The notes beneath the pieces were generated by a model that did not search any database, was not told the origin of the DNA, and saw nothing but the letters and a program-made list of their open reading frames with translations. DNA of 64,000 nucleotides from the human T2T-CHM13v2.0 reference genome, Homo sapiens, in the NCBI RefSeq assembly GCF_009914755.1, contig NC_060935.1; one strand, given 5' to 3'. This document shows, piece after piece, positions 24,418 to 37,550 of the stretch (position 1 is the first letter of the stretch; every line of letters starts with the position of its first letter). The translations under genes were made by a program, and so were the position numbers.

Positions 24418-26268
24418 AGCTTTATTGAAATATAATTCACATACTATAAAATTCACTGTTTTAACTGTACCATTCAGGGGCTTTTAGTATATTCACAAAA
24501 GCATGCCTCCCTCAGCACCCCCAAAAACAACTCCCCGCTTTAGTATATTCGCAGAGGCGTGCCACCCGCAGCACCCCCAAAAACAACTCCCCACTTTATT
24601 CGCAGAGGCGTGCCTCCCGCAGCACCCCCAAAAACAACTCCCCGCTTTAGTATATTCGCAGAGGTGTGCCTCCCGCAGCACCCCCAAAAACAACTCCCCG
24701 CTTTAGTATATTCGCAGAGGTGTGCCTCCCGCAGCACCCCCAAAAACAATTCCCCGCTTTATTCACAGAGGCATGCCACCCGCAGCACCCCCAAAAACAA
24801 CTCCCCGCTTTAGTATATTCAGAGGCGTGCCACCCGCAGCACCCCCAAAAACAACTCCCTGCTTCAGTATATTCACAGAGGCGTGCCTCCCGCAGCACCC
24901 CCAAAAACAACTCCCTGCTTTAGTATATTCAGAGGCGTGCCTCCCTCAGCACCCCCAAAAACAACTCCCCGCTTTAGTATATTCACAGAGGCGTGCCACC
25001 CGCAGCACCCCCAAAAACAACTCCCCGCTTCAGTATATTCACAGAGGCGTGCCACCCGCAGCACCCCCAAAAACAACTCCCCGCTTTATTCACAGAGGCG
25101 TGCCACCCGCAGCACCCCCAAAAACAACTCCCCACTTTATTCGCAGAGGTGTGCCTCCCGCAGCACACCCAAAAACAACTCCCCGCTTTATTCACAGAGG
25201 CGTGCCACCCGCAGCACCCCCAAAAACAACTCCCCACTTTAGTATATTCAGAGGCGTGCCACCCGCAGCACCCCCAAAAACAACTCCCCGCTTTAGTATA
25301 TTCAGAGGCGTGCCACCCGCAGCACCCCCAAAAACAACTCCCTGCTTCAGTATATTCACAGAGGCGTGCCTCCCGCAGCACCCCCAAAAACAACTCCCTG
25401 CTTTAGTATATTCAGAGGCGTGCCTCCCTCAGCACCCCCAAAAACAACTCCCCGCTTTAGTATATTCACAGAGGCGTGCCACCCGCAGCACCCCCAAAAA
25501 CAACTCCCCGCTTCAGTATATTCACAGAGGCGTGCCACCCGCAGCACCCCCAAAAACAACTCCCCGCTTTATTCACAGAGGCGTGCCACCCGCAGCACCC
25601 CCAAAAACAACTCCCCACTTTATTCGCAGAGGCGTGCCTCCCTCAGCACCCCCAAAAACAACTCCCCGCTTTAGTATATTCACAGAGGCGTGCCACCCGC
25701 AGCACCCCCAAAAACAACTCCCCGCTTTAGTATATTCAGAGGCGTGCCACCTGCAGCACCCCCAAAAACAACTCCCCGCTTTAGTATATTCAGAGGCGTG
25801 CCACCCGCAGCACCCCCAAAAACAACTCCCCGCTTTAGTATATTCGCAGAGGCGTGCCACCCGCAGCACCCCCAAAAACAACTCCCCGCTTTAGTATATT
25901 CAGAGGCGTGCCTCCCTCAGCACCCCCAAAAACAACTCCCCGCTTCAGTATATTCACAGAGGCGTGCCACCCGCAGCACCCCCAAAAACAACTCCCTACT
26001 TCAGTATATTCACAGAGGCGTGCCACCCGCAGCACCCCCAAAAACAACTCCCCGCTTTAGTATATTCACAGAGGCGTGCCTCCCTCAGCACCCCCAAAAA
26101 CAACTCCCCGCTTTAGTATTTTCACAGAGGCGTGCCACCCGCAGCACCCCCAAAAACAACTCCCCACTCACTAGCAGCCGCTCCCCTTGCCCCAGCCTCT
26201 GCCAAACACTGACCCACTTCCCACCTCCATGGAGTTGCACGTTCTGGACATTTCATACAAATGGGGTC
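24418..26268 (-). mobile_element. Old L1 3' end (L1MB-like), antisense, hosting the VNTR
   Basis: L1 sequence on both sides of the array (ctttattgaaatataattcacatactataaaattcac... and ...tctggacatttcatacaaatgg). Confidence 0.7.
24484..26168. repeat. Minisatellite VNTR, about 31 units of 56/54/51 bp (cacagaggcgtgccacccgcagcacccccaaaaacaactccccgctttagtatatt)
   Basis: Contiguous near-identical units with no unique spacers. Length variants lack 'ca' or 5 nt of 'agtat'. Confidence 0.97.
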
Positions 26269-26316
26269 CTCTGATTCCCCACCCACAATTTTTAATCATA
26301 CTTAACTTCCAAATAA

Positions 26317-26850
<534 letters not shown>

Positions 26851-27099
26851 TGAGATGTTTGAAATAATTAAATATCAACTACTATCAAACGTACACTTCA
26901 TACACTAGTACCGTATGAAGTGGTAGGGAATGGAAGAGGAGAAGAAACAGTGGCTAATGTGGTCCTACCCAATACACTCGGATCAAAATAAGAAACACGC
27001 ACACCTGTGATAGGCTTCGTTTCTGCAGCAGCCGAGCAGCGGGAACTAGCGTTTCAGCCTCCGTCTCCCGCATAGCCTTCGCCTCCGCAAGCACTCAGC

Positions 27100-29000
27100 T
27101 GATGTGGCTCTTTGCCTGGTGGGATGCCCTAAGCCTTCATTCCTGGAGAGCCTGGGTCCTGAATGACCCTGCTTGGATCAGGGGTGATGGTTTTCCATGA
27201 TTTTAATCACAGGACATGGGAACCTTAAGAGGCGCTGCAGGGGACCCTCCGCATTCCAGACGTGCTCCTCCTCATCCTCCTTGTGCAACCCGGCCGATTC
27301 CGCCCGATAAAATCAGTCCCGTGGCCCGGGCAGTAACTGCCTTTTTTACCTATTGATTCTCTGCAGTGAGGATCCCAAAATGGCCTGGTGCAATCTCACC
27401 TTCCAGTCTGGTGGAGCCGTTGGTGTCTCTGCGGGAAACTCTCCTCCCTCGAGAACTCAGACTTCTACACCAAGAGGACCTAGAGTTGTGGGGACAGGGA
27501 GCAAACACATCACCAGCAGAATGTCATGAGGGTGAAGAGAAGCCATTGCCACTTCCCCTTCTGGACTCCCAGAACCGTGAGGTCTGGGCGGCAGGAGAAA
27601 CCGCTCCATAGACTGACTCTAATTCAGAGCCTGGACCGCCTCCTGGAGGACACGGCCCTCTCTGCAAAGCGTCCCCACTCAGCAGGCGCCGTGTGAGTCT
27701 CCCGAAGGCCATTCCACGGTCCTGTTCGTGAGCTGCTTCGGGGAGAGGAGGACCACGGAAGACCTCCAAGGTCACAAGCATTGGGCCTTTGCCCTACTCC
27801 ATTAACTGTGGTGAATTCCTTGAGCAGCACTGTGAGAATGCCGAATGAGGCGCTCCAGAGTCCACAGGTGGTTTCGGCAAAAGCACCGTGGGCAAGGAGG
27901 GCCAGTCCACCTGCAGAGCAAGCCTCTATCCTGGTGAAAGCGCAGCGGTGCCAGTTCCATGCCGGCAGCTGTCTCATATCATCCACTCCACCTGGAGGCT
28001 GGCAGATCCCCTGCAACACTGGGGCAGGCGGGCACTTAGTGGATGGGCCTTGGTGAGTGGAGCCCCTGTGCCGATCCCATGTGTGACCTCCATCCCTGCT
28101 ACCACAGTCTCTATCTTCACCAGCCTGCTGACAATGACAGGGTGGCTGGGGAAGGAGCCTGACTGATGCCCAAAGAAAGGGCCATCTTGTCTACCTGGTC
28201 ACTGAGCTTCTCCTCGGCTGAGGCGGTTGCCCTTTGGCAAATGTCACATGGGCTGCGAGGATCTTCACGCTCTGCCCTTTCAGAGACCTCTAACCACACA
28301 ACACTTCCCCACACCTCCTGCTACCGTTTTCCCAAATGTGTTCCTTTCAAGTTCCTGACCATCCATCTGGCCAAGCCAGGAGCAACTGACCATGAGTGGG
28401 TGGCACCTGTAGCTCCGAACTCTCCTTCCAGGAAAAATGAAAACACCTAGGGGCCCTGCCCAGAGTATGGACCACGGGTGTTGGAACCACTTTTTCATGT
28501 AACTTGCTTGTGACTTCAGGGCCTGCCTGAGCCCCGGGTTGTATATTGCTGCTTCCACTTGAAGACAGAACACAGCTGTGCATGCCCAACTCTGTGGCTC
28601 GCTGGGTCCAGCAACATCCCACTCATGACGTACAGTTCAGATCACGTGGCGACTTAGTGGCCTGTCCAGTCTCTATGGAGGCCTGGACGCAATCCACAGA
28701 GTTATCCAGAGAGGATGGCAGAGCTTGACTCCAAAATCCTAAGGGCCCTGGGCTGTGATTCACCTGCAGGAGCCTATCATGGCCCCCACGCAGCATCCTT
28801 ACCTGCCACAGACACCTCAAATGCCATGGGATCTGTTGGTCCCGTGGCTCAAGTGGCTCAGCAGCTTTCATGACCACATGCACTTGCTGCAGAGCCTTCT
28901 CTTGTTCTGGGACTCCCAGAAAGCAGACAGCATTTTAGGTCATTCCTACATGGGTTTTCCTACCCATGTTTTCCTACCTACCCGTGGGTCATATGGCCCA
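27100..29000 (-). mobile_element. Degenerate ERVL internal (pol RNase H/integrase) relic
   Basis: Minus-strand translation CQRATASAEEKLSDQVDKM resembles ERVL HQRVTSAEEDFNNQVDRM. Heavily frameshifted and boundaries approximate. Confidence 0.6.
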
Positions 29001-29011
29001 TGTTGCAAAAC

Positions 29012-29400
29012 ATTTTGGAAAAGGCAAAACTATGCAGACAATGAAATGATCAGTGGTTTCCAGGAGTCAGTGGGGAGGGAGGGAAGAATAAATGGAGCAC
29101 AGACGGATTTTAGGGCAGTAAAATAATTCTGTGTGACACTGTAATAGTGGAGATATGCCATTACACATTTGCCCGAACTCACAGCATGTACAACAAGAAG
29201 AGTGAACCCTCATGTAACCTGATCAATGACTAGGTCAATATTGGTTCATCAATTGCAAAGATGTATCACAGTAATTCAAGATATGAATAATAAGGGAAAC
29301 TGTGTGTAGGGAGAGATGCTATATGAGGACTCTCAAATATGCTCAATTTCTCTGTAAACATGAAACTGCTCTAAAAAATAAAATCTATATTAAAAATTAA
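29012..29400 (+). mobile_element. L1MC-like 3' end
   Basis: ggaaaaggcaaaactatgcagaca...gatttttagggcagtaaaataattctgtgtgacactgtaat...aactgctctaaaaaataaaatctat. Confidence 0.75.
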
Positions 29401-31212
29401 AGCTTTCACCAGATCAATGGCTGTAGACCAGGTGTCCGGGGATGCTTTGATTTGCCCCAGTGATCAGTAGTCATATCTGGAACAGCAGTTGCAATTGGAG
29501 TCCTGGTTAAGTTTACCAGGATTCACTGTCCTTCTTTCTCCGGGACCCCCCTGTCTTCCACACAAGCCAATTAGACGAGTGGAACGAGGCTGCAGTGGGG
29601 GTCACCACCCTGCATCTTCCAAGTCCTCGATGGCGGCACTGACCTTTGCAGTCCCTCCAGGGCTGCAGGTTGCTTTTGACTGACAATTTTCCTAGGCAGA
29701 GTTCACCCCAATGGCTTCCACCTGGCCTTTCCCAGCATAGTAGCCCCCACCCTCAGGTCAGGGAACAAATGTGGGGGCTCTGCTGGCTGCCACATACGTC
29801 TGTTTACTCACCCATCTGAGGCTAGGGAAGTGACCTCTGCACCCACCGAGGGTTGGACCTGAGCTAGAACTCCGTGAGCCCACTGACCTCCATACGCCCC
29901 TCCTCTGACTATTAGATCCGATGGGTGTTTGTGTCCCCAGGAGTGGGTGTCAGGTTAGAGTTAGAGTCCAGTAATCCCCCTGAGTCTGATGATCCCCCTT
30001 TCCACTAGCCACCCCAGCAAATGGCTGCAGGTCCCTGAGGGGAGACTGGGGAAAGAAGAATAATGTAAATTTGTAGGAGTATGGCAAGGTCCTTCCTCAG
30101 GGGCACCCAGTCCTCCTTCACTCAGGCACCAGGCAAGGGAGGCCACCCATTGCTCCAGCTCCCGTGGCACCGTGAGCCACCGGCCAAGGCCACAGGGCTC
30201 TATGGGCTGGACTGTTCCAATCACTGCCGGTGCCAGTTGCCATCTCAGCCACAGGCCCGGGGCCTCGTGGCCACCCCCACTGGGCTGTGCCCTGCCTCCT
30301 TAAAGACTGTGAGCGAGCTCCCAACTGGGACACCCCTGACCAGCTCACTCTTATTTTGTCTGCCCTGGCCCTGATGCTGGTGTTTGAGATATCAGAACTC
30401 ACCTCAAACCACCCTAAGCAGAGATCACTCCGGCTGACGCAGGGGTGCGGCCCACATGTGAGGGACCCTCAGGCTGGGCAGCATTGGCTGAGCCCCCACC
30501 GCACCTTCCCTCCCACCCTGGGGTCCTCAGCCTCCGCCCAAGGCAGGGGGGACACTGCTGGCAACTGGTCACCCAGAGAGCATGGGCTGCAGGGATGGCC
30601 CTGAGTAGGACACACAGCTCCCGAGACCCCTCACTGGGGACACAGGGGGGCCCTGCAGCCAGGGTGTCAGTGTGGGGACAGCCCAGCAGACCCCAAGCCA
30701 CCCACTGAGGTTGCTTCTCAGGGGAGCACCACTGGTGGGCTGTCAGCTCCTGCCTGGGCCCCGGCCTCTTGCCCCTGTCCCACCTCCCACCTGCACGGCC
30801 TCCAGCATTGCCCAAATTCACTGCCTTCACTCCCAAGTCCACAGAGGTGTCTCATCCAGGCGGGTGAACACTCGTGTGTTGGGAGGCTGGTGAAGCCTGG
30901 CATTGGGGGGCACCACCCATCTCCCTTCTTTGTCTCACTGCCTTGAAACACCCCACATCTATCACCTCTGCCCCCGAGGCTCCCCAGGTTCACCCCATGC
31001 CAGCCTCAGCCCAACAAGGCCTGTGCTTCTGACCAGCACCGCTGGGGTTCTCAGGGCATCTACCCTTTCCGCTGTAGCCCACTGTCTCTAAACATATTTC
31101 ACACGTTGCTGGGGGCAGTGTGTGTGACTCACTGCTTCCCAGAGCCAGCCCAGAGCTGTTTAGTAGACATGAGGTGAGTGAATGAATGAATGAATGAATG
31201 AGTGCTGGGAGC

Positions 31213-31604
31213 TGTCTCAGTTAGCTCCAATCTGCCATAAGGAAGCACTGCAGGCTGGGCATGTAAACAGCAGGTGCTTATTTCTTGCAGTTCTGGAGGC
31301 TGGAAGTCCAATATCAAGGTGCTGCTGATTCCAGTCTTGGTGAGGGCTCTCTTCCTGGCTTACAGATGGCTGCCTTCTCTCTGTGTCTTCATACAGCTGT
31401 CCTTCAGTGCATGTAAGGAGAGAGAGAGAGAAGAGGGAGCTCCTAAATGTCTCTTGGTATAAGGGCACTAATCCTATGGGACCAGGGACCTTCATGTCCT
31501 CATCTGTCCCTAATTACCTCCCAGAGATCCACTTCCTAACACTATCTCATTGCGGGGCAGGGCTTCAACCTATGAATTTTGCAGGAACACGATTCTGTCC
31601 ATAG
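31213..31604 (-). mobile_element. MLT1-family MaLR LTR
   Basis: ttatttcttgcagttctggaggctggaagtccaatatcaaggtgctg...ggtgagggctctcttcctggctt...gcttcaacctatgaatttt. Confidence 0.8.
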
Positions 31605-32935
31605 TGAACACTGACACTGAACCCGCCTCCTAAAGCCTTCTCTCACCATATTCCTCATGCTGCTCAAAGATCCTCTGCAACCTTGTGCCCCTCCCAAGGG
31701 TCCCTGCACCTGTCCCAGAGAGAGGGCAGCCTGGCAATGGGCCTGGGCCCTGACGCTTGAGCATCGGGGTCTGGCCTGAAAGGGGATGGGCGTTCACTTC
31801 TAGGTTCCTGAGAGAGGCAACACTGCACCTTTAAAGGTGTCAGGAGCTCACTGCCCCAGCTGGTCATGAAACAGTCTCTTCATCAAGGGCTAAATAAAGC
31901 ACGCTGACCACCAGGAATGGGGCAGGAAGCTTCTGCCCTGCAGCCTGCCTTGTCTGCACAGGGAGTGTGGGGACCATTAGGGGGAGGGTCCGATGTGCAT
32001 TTTTCTGCCAGCGGGACCTTCCCCTGCCCCCAGTCCTGCCCAGGCCCGGGGGGTCACTCTGAAGGCATCTGGCTCTTACCCCAGGCATCTCCTGCCTCTG
32101 CCCCACTCCTCCACCCCCACGGGGTGCCGAGTCTCAGCCCAGGCTGGGGTGGCCCAGGCAGGACAGCAGGCTTGGTGGTGCCCGGCCCCACATACTAGTG
32201 GGTGGCACAGCGTGGATGTGGATAGAGACGCCTCCCCTACAGTCTGTCCCTGGTATCTGTGACGCAGGTGTGGGGTCCCTTTAGACTCCCCTGGGAGACA
32301 GCTGTGTCTATGAAGGGGCAGCCATCCCTGGGTCCCCTCTGCCCTCACTGAGGGCAGAGCCTAGGCTCCTTGGGGGGGGAAGCAGGGTGCCCCTCAGTGC
32401 CCACTGGAGTTGGCCAGCGGAGGCAGCAGCCCACGGCACTGAGAGGGAAGGCCCGGGCAGCCATGCCCCAGAAACTCCCTTGGTTGGGAGCAGAGCAGTG
32501 CCCAGAGCCCAGAACCCAGTTTGAGTATGGTCTTGGCTCTCAAGGGACAGGCCAGGGTGCCTCCAGGGGAAGGGGGCTGCCCAGGCAGTAGGGGTTCAAA
32601 GGTCCCCTGGGGCCCACCCAGCTGACCCAGGCCTAGGGTAATCCAGAAGGGGAGCTGCCCTCCTCCTCCCTGGGCTCAGGAGAGGCTGCAAAGGCAGCTC
32701 CTGGGACGTGGATTTCAGAATCAGGGCAAAGGACAGACATGAGCCAGATTCAGGTGCCCGCGTGGCCCCCACAGGTCTCTTCAAGCTCCAGGCCCCACTC
32801 GCTGTGACGCAGGTGGGAAGCTCTTGAGTGCCTCCCCGGTGGGAGGGGCCGCGCTCACAGACAGCACAGGGGCCCCCAGGCTCCAGCCTCAGAGCCCGGC
32901 TGCTCACCTCTGATGGACAGAAAAGGGTCCCTGTC

Positions 32936-33361
<426 letters not shown>

Positions 33362-33515
33362 TTAGGCCAGCTTGCAGTGGGGCCCAGCCCTTAGGACAGG
33401 CTCCTTGGTGGGGTAGGGGTGGGGGCAGCTGTCCTCCTGGGCCAGCTCCTTGGGGCTGAACCCGCTGCTCGAGGGGTCTTCCAGGCTCCCAGCGGCCAGC
33501 ACCACCTCTAGAGCA

Positions 33516-33813
33516 GGTGGGCAGGGGTGTGTGGGGTGGGCAGGGGTTTGTGAGGGTGGGCAGGGGTGTGTGGGGTGGGCAGGGGTGTGTGGGGTGGGCA
33601 GGGGCATGTGGGGTGGGCAGGGGTGTGTGAGGTTGGGCAGGGGCGTGTGGGGTGGGCAGGGGTGTGTGAGGGTGGGCAGGGGTGTGTGGGGTGGGCAGGG
33701 GTGTGTAAGGTTGGGTAGGGGTGTGTGGGGTGGGCAGGGATGTGTGGGGTGGGCAGCGGTGTGCGGGGTGGGCAGGGGTGTGCGGGGTGGGCAGGAGGGT
33801 GTGGGGTGGGCAG
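33516..33813. repeat. G-rich minisatellite, about 15 units of 19-20 bp (gcaggggtgtgtggggtgg)
   Basis: Direct tandem array in C11orf21 intron 2. Confidence 0.93.
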
Positions 33814-33960
33814 CAGCCTGCACAGTGGCTTCCCCTCAACAAGCCACTTCCTCTTGCAGAGGGAATGTTGGGGTGGGAGGGTGTGGCTCAGCAAAGGGCG
33901 TGGGGGTTCCACCGGCTCCCTGCCCCCGCTGGTGGGGCACAGTGAGGGGGGCTGTGGTCA

Positions 33961-34077
<117 letters not shown>

Positions 34078-35199
34078 TCAGGACAGGTCAAGAACCCAGG
34101 CCCGCCCTGCTCCGAAATTCTTCAGACCTGATGAAGAGGTGTCCCAGAAGCGGGTGGTGCTCCAGGCCCGCCTCACCAGCTCCAGGGAGGTCAAGGTTGG
34201 AGAGAGACAATTCTAGGGGCGAACCAGACATAGCCAAGAGCAGCTCATCTTCCCTGGAGAGGACGGGCTGCCCACTTGCACAGCCCGGGGGCCTCCTGCC
34301 CCTAGACCTGGTACCTTCACTCTTGTTGCCACCCCTACATTCATACCTGCGCCCCAGTCTGAGCCACACCTAGGCCCCCAGCTGAAGTGACACTGTGGGT
34401 GCCAGGCATCTGAGGTCTCCACAAGCCCCCACAGACTCAGGGTGGGAATTCCTGGGGGCCAGAGCTGCAGAGGGTGCTGCCTGGGGGTGCTGGGCTGGAC
34501 GGGGGTCCTGGTTGTCCCTCCTGGTTCTCCTGGTTCTCCCTCCGCAGAGGGAGGGAGGCGGTGGCCTCAGCAGTTCCTCCAGCAGCGTTCCTGAGCGGGC
34601 GGCAGCTGGGCCCTCTTCCCACAGCCACTCTGGGGTTGCCATGCCTGCAGGTCTTGGGGCCCCCTCCCCCTTGATGAGGTCCTGACCAAATGCAGGAGGA
34701 GCAATTCCAGCACCGAGGGGCGAGCAGAGCCGCCTGTTAGCACTCCTGGGAGGGCCCGGAGTGGTCCCTGAATGGTGGATTCACCTGGAACATTTTCACC
34801 CTCTTCAGGCCCACCCTGCCCCAGAGGCCCACGGAAACCCTGCCTGTACTGGGGCCGCAGCGCTGCCCCCACCCACACGTAATTACACGGCTCGGTGTAA
34901 TTGCAAATTCGAGGTTTACAAAGCCTCCCCCTGGAGGCCCCACGTGAGTGTGAGCGAGGCCCCAGCCCACCCCTGTGGCCCCAAGAAGGCTCTGCGACAA
35001 AATATCCATGAGTGCCGCCCACGAAGGCATTAAAACCAACGAACTTCTCAAAACTTAAGCTGTCACAGGACATTTCAAAGGGTGTTTCCTAAGAACACCT
35101 CAATAATGATGTTCCAAGGAGACCCCATCCAAATTCCTCCAAGGATTACGCCCCCAAGGCCCAGTCCACACTTGCTCACTCCCAGGACGGGGAGCTCAC

Positions 35200-35252
35200 C
35201 TCCTCCTCCCCGGGCGCCGTCTCCTCCACATCCCATACCAGGCCCTGCCCAT
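35200..35252 (-). CDS. C11orf21: C11orf21 coding exon 1 (MGRAWYGMWRRRRPGRR)
   Basis: ATG at 35252 and donor AG|GTGAGC. 53 nt, phase-compatible with the next exon. Confidence 0.8.
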
Positions 35253-35593
35253 GACTTTCCCCCTCTCAGCGCCGTCCTCAGTGGCCACACCAAGAACGAG
35301 GCCATGTCTTCCTGGGAAGGGCCTCAGATGTCAGCAAATGCCCTGGTGTCTTGGGCTGGGCTGGGGGCACCAGGGTGAGGTGGTGGGGGGAGCCAACCTC
35401 ACTGCCCCTCCCCTTCCTGCCTGCCCTTCTTCCGGGGCACCCAGCAGCTCGGTCCTAGGGCGATGTTGACAGACAGACAGAGGGGCGGATGCAGCCTACC
35501 TCCTGGGCAGTGAGCTGCGGTCTGAGGCCCCTGCCCAGCTGGAAACCACAGGGAGGGGAAGGGAGGGGAGGAGAGGAGAGGAGAGGAACCGTC
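35253..35593. promoter_or_regulatory. Shared head-to-head promoter/5' UTR interval of C11orf21 and TSPAN32
   Basis: Divergent ATGs 341 nt apart. GC box ggggcgg near 35482. Overlapping CAGCTG-GGAA-AACCACA at 35536-35550. Confidence 0.7.
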
Positions 35594-35659
35594 ATGGGGC
35601 CTTGGAGTCGAGTCAGGGTTGCCAAATGCCAGATGCTGGTCACCTGCTTCTTTATCTTG
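35594..35659 (+). CDS. TSPAN32: Tetraspanin-32 coding exon 1
   Basis: gtcATGg; MGPWSRVRVAKCQMLVTCFFIL; donor TTG|GTAACA. Confidence 0.93.
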
Positions 35660-36287
35660 GTAACAGGCAGGTCGGGCAGGAGTGGGTGGTGGGTGGGGGT
35701 GAGCAGGGGTGAGGGGTGGCAGGGCCTCAGCACAGGGATTACCCCTCCCCTGACACACACACCAGCCCTACTGTCCCTGTCCTGCCCTTGCAGACATGTG
35801 TCCTGCCCTTGCAGACAGCCGCAGGCAGGCAGTGACCACCATGAGCAACCCCGTCTCTCCTCCTGAGGGGCAGCACAGAGCCTGGAGGAGGCCTGAGTGG
35901 GGCTGAGGCCTGGGGCGAGCTGGGGTGGAGGGGCACTGGCTGCCGGGCTCCAGGGATCTTCTCCCCTTCCTGCCCCGGAGGGTGCTGGCACAGGGGTGGG
36001 GCTCACTCCCACTCCGTAGACACAATGATCAGAGGTCCTGGGTGTCTGGGGAAGCTGGGCTGTGCGTGTATGCGTCTACCATGTGGGGGTGCCTGTGAGT
36101 GTGCTGGGGCGTCTGCAGTGAAGGCCTCCTGAGACCACTCCACGGAAACACCGGGAATCCCTGCAGCTGAGCCTGTCTCTCACGGGACCGGGAAGCTGGA
36201 GAGAGCCCCAACCCTGCCCGCTGGGGCCGAGCTCCCTGCTCCTGCAGCAGTCCCGTGCCCCACACTCTGAGTCTGCCCTATCCACAG

Positions 36288-36402
36288 CTGCTGGGCCTCT
36301 CTGTGGCCACCATGGTGACTCTTACCTACTTCGGGGCCCACTTTGCTGTCATCCGCCGAGCGTCCCTGGAGAAGAACCCGTACCAGGCTGTGCACCAATG
36401 GG
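36288..36402 (+). CDS. TSPAN32: Tetraspanin-32 exon 2
   Basis: ccacAG|...G|GTAAGT; LLGLSVATMVTLTYFGAHF...AVHQW. Confidence 0.95.
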
Positions 36403-37121
36403 GTAAGTGAGGTCCAGGCCTGGCTGCATCGGGAGGGGCCTCGGGTGCAAGGGTGGCTGGCACGAGCCCAGCTGGACGCCTCACAGCCAGAATGGTGCCA
36501 GGCCCTAGGCAGGAGCCAGAGGTGGTCAGGGGCAGGGAGGGGCTGCCCTGGAGTCCTAGCTCCCCTGGGCAGGGCCTCGGGTCTGGGTGACAGCCAGTGT
36601 TCCTGCCTGGTTCTCGTGCCCCACAGGAGCGTGGGCACAGTGTGGGTATATGTCGGGCAGGGTCAGGAAGTGGCTCTGTGCGGTCAGGACCTGGCTCTGT
36701 GCAGTCAGGGCTCAGTCCCAGGCAGGCCTGGGACTGGCCTGGGGCTGGGCACAGCAGGTCCATGAGGGCTCCACATGGCTGATGTTCCACTCAGGACCTG
36801 GGATGTGGGTGGGGAGGGGGTGGGGGCTGCTCTAGCCAGACGCCTCCCTGCAGGGACTCAGCAGCGACTTATCCAACATCCAGAGAGCGGGAGCGAGGGC
36901 CAGAGTCTGCTGGGGCCACTCAGGGGTAAGGCTGAGGAAGGCCCCTTTAATGAGGGGATGTCAGAGCCAGATCTGCAGGGGACTCTCAGGCAGGAGCTCA
37001 GGGGGCCCAGGAAGGCTGCAGCCCGGTGGGCAGATGTAGGGAAACTGAGGCCCAGGAGGTCAGGGCTACTGCCTTAGAACCCAATGCTTTTCCCCAAGTC
37101 CTAGGACCAGGGCCTCCCTGG

Positions 37122-37288
37122 AGGAGGACGCCTGGGGCCCAGGTCCAGGTCCGGACTGATAAGATTACAGCTCCAGTCCGGCCACTTGTCACTAGGACAT
37201 GGCAGGAGGATGCCTGGGGCCCAGGTCCAGGTCCAGACTGATAAGATTACAGCTCCAGTCCGGCCACTTGTCACTAGGGCATGGCAGG
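37122..37288. repeat. Tandem duplication, 2 x 82 bp, TSPAN32 intron 2
   Basis: aggaggaYgcctggggcccaggtccaggtcc.gactgataagattacagctccagtccggccacttgtcactagg.catggc repeated at offset 82. Confidence 0.95.
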
Positions 37289-37550
37289 GAGCATGTGGCT
37301 TCCAAGATAGCCCCACAGGCAGGGAGGGCAGGGAGGAAAAGAGGGAAGGAGGGGCAGTCCCCCAGGCTGAACGAGTCCCACCTCCCTCCTCCTTCCCTCA
37401 GGGCCGTCTGATGGAGAGACAGGCCCATTCAGAGCCCCCCAGGAGTCCCTCACGGCCCCTGACTCCCAAGTTAGATTTCACACCCAGGCTGTGTGCACTC
37501 AGGACCTGTCCTGGGCACCCCTAACCCTCCTCCTCTCTCCTCCCAACCAG

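Noticed and set aside
24484-26168. CRISPR-like array, or the 390-aa ORF at 24722-25894
   Set aside because: Units are contiguous with no unique spacers, there are no cas genes and the context is human. The ORFs are translations of the repeat.
29000-32907. C11orf21 terminal non-coding exon
   Set aside because: A donor at 32907 implies a further exon, but I could not place its acceptor or poly(A) site from sequence.
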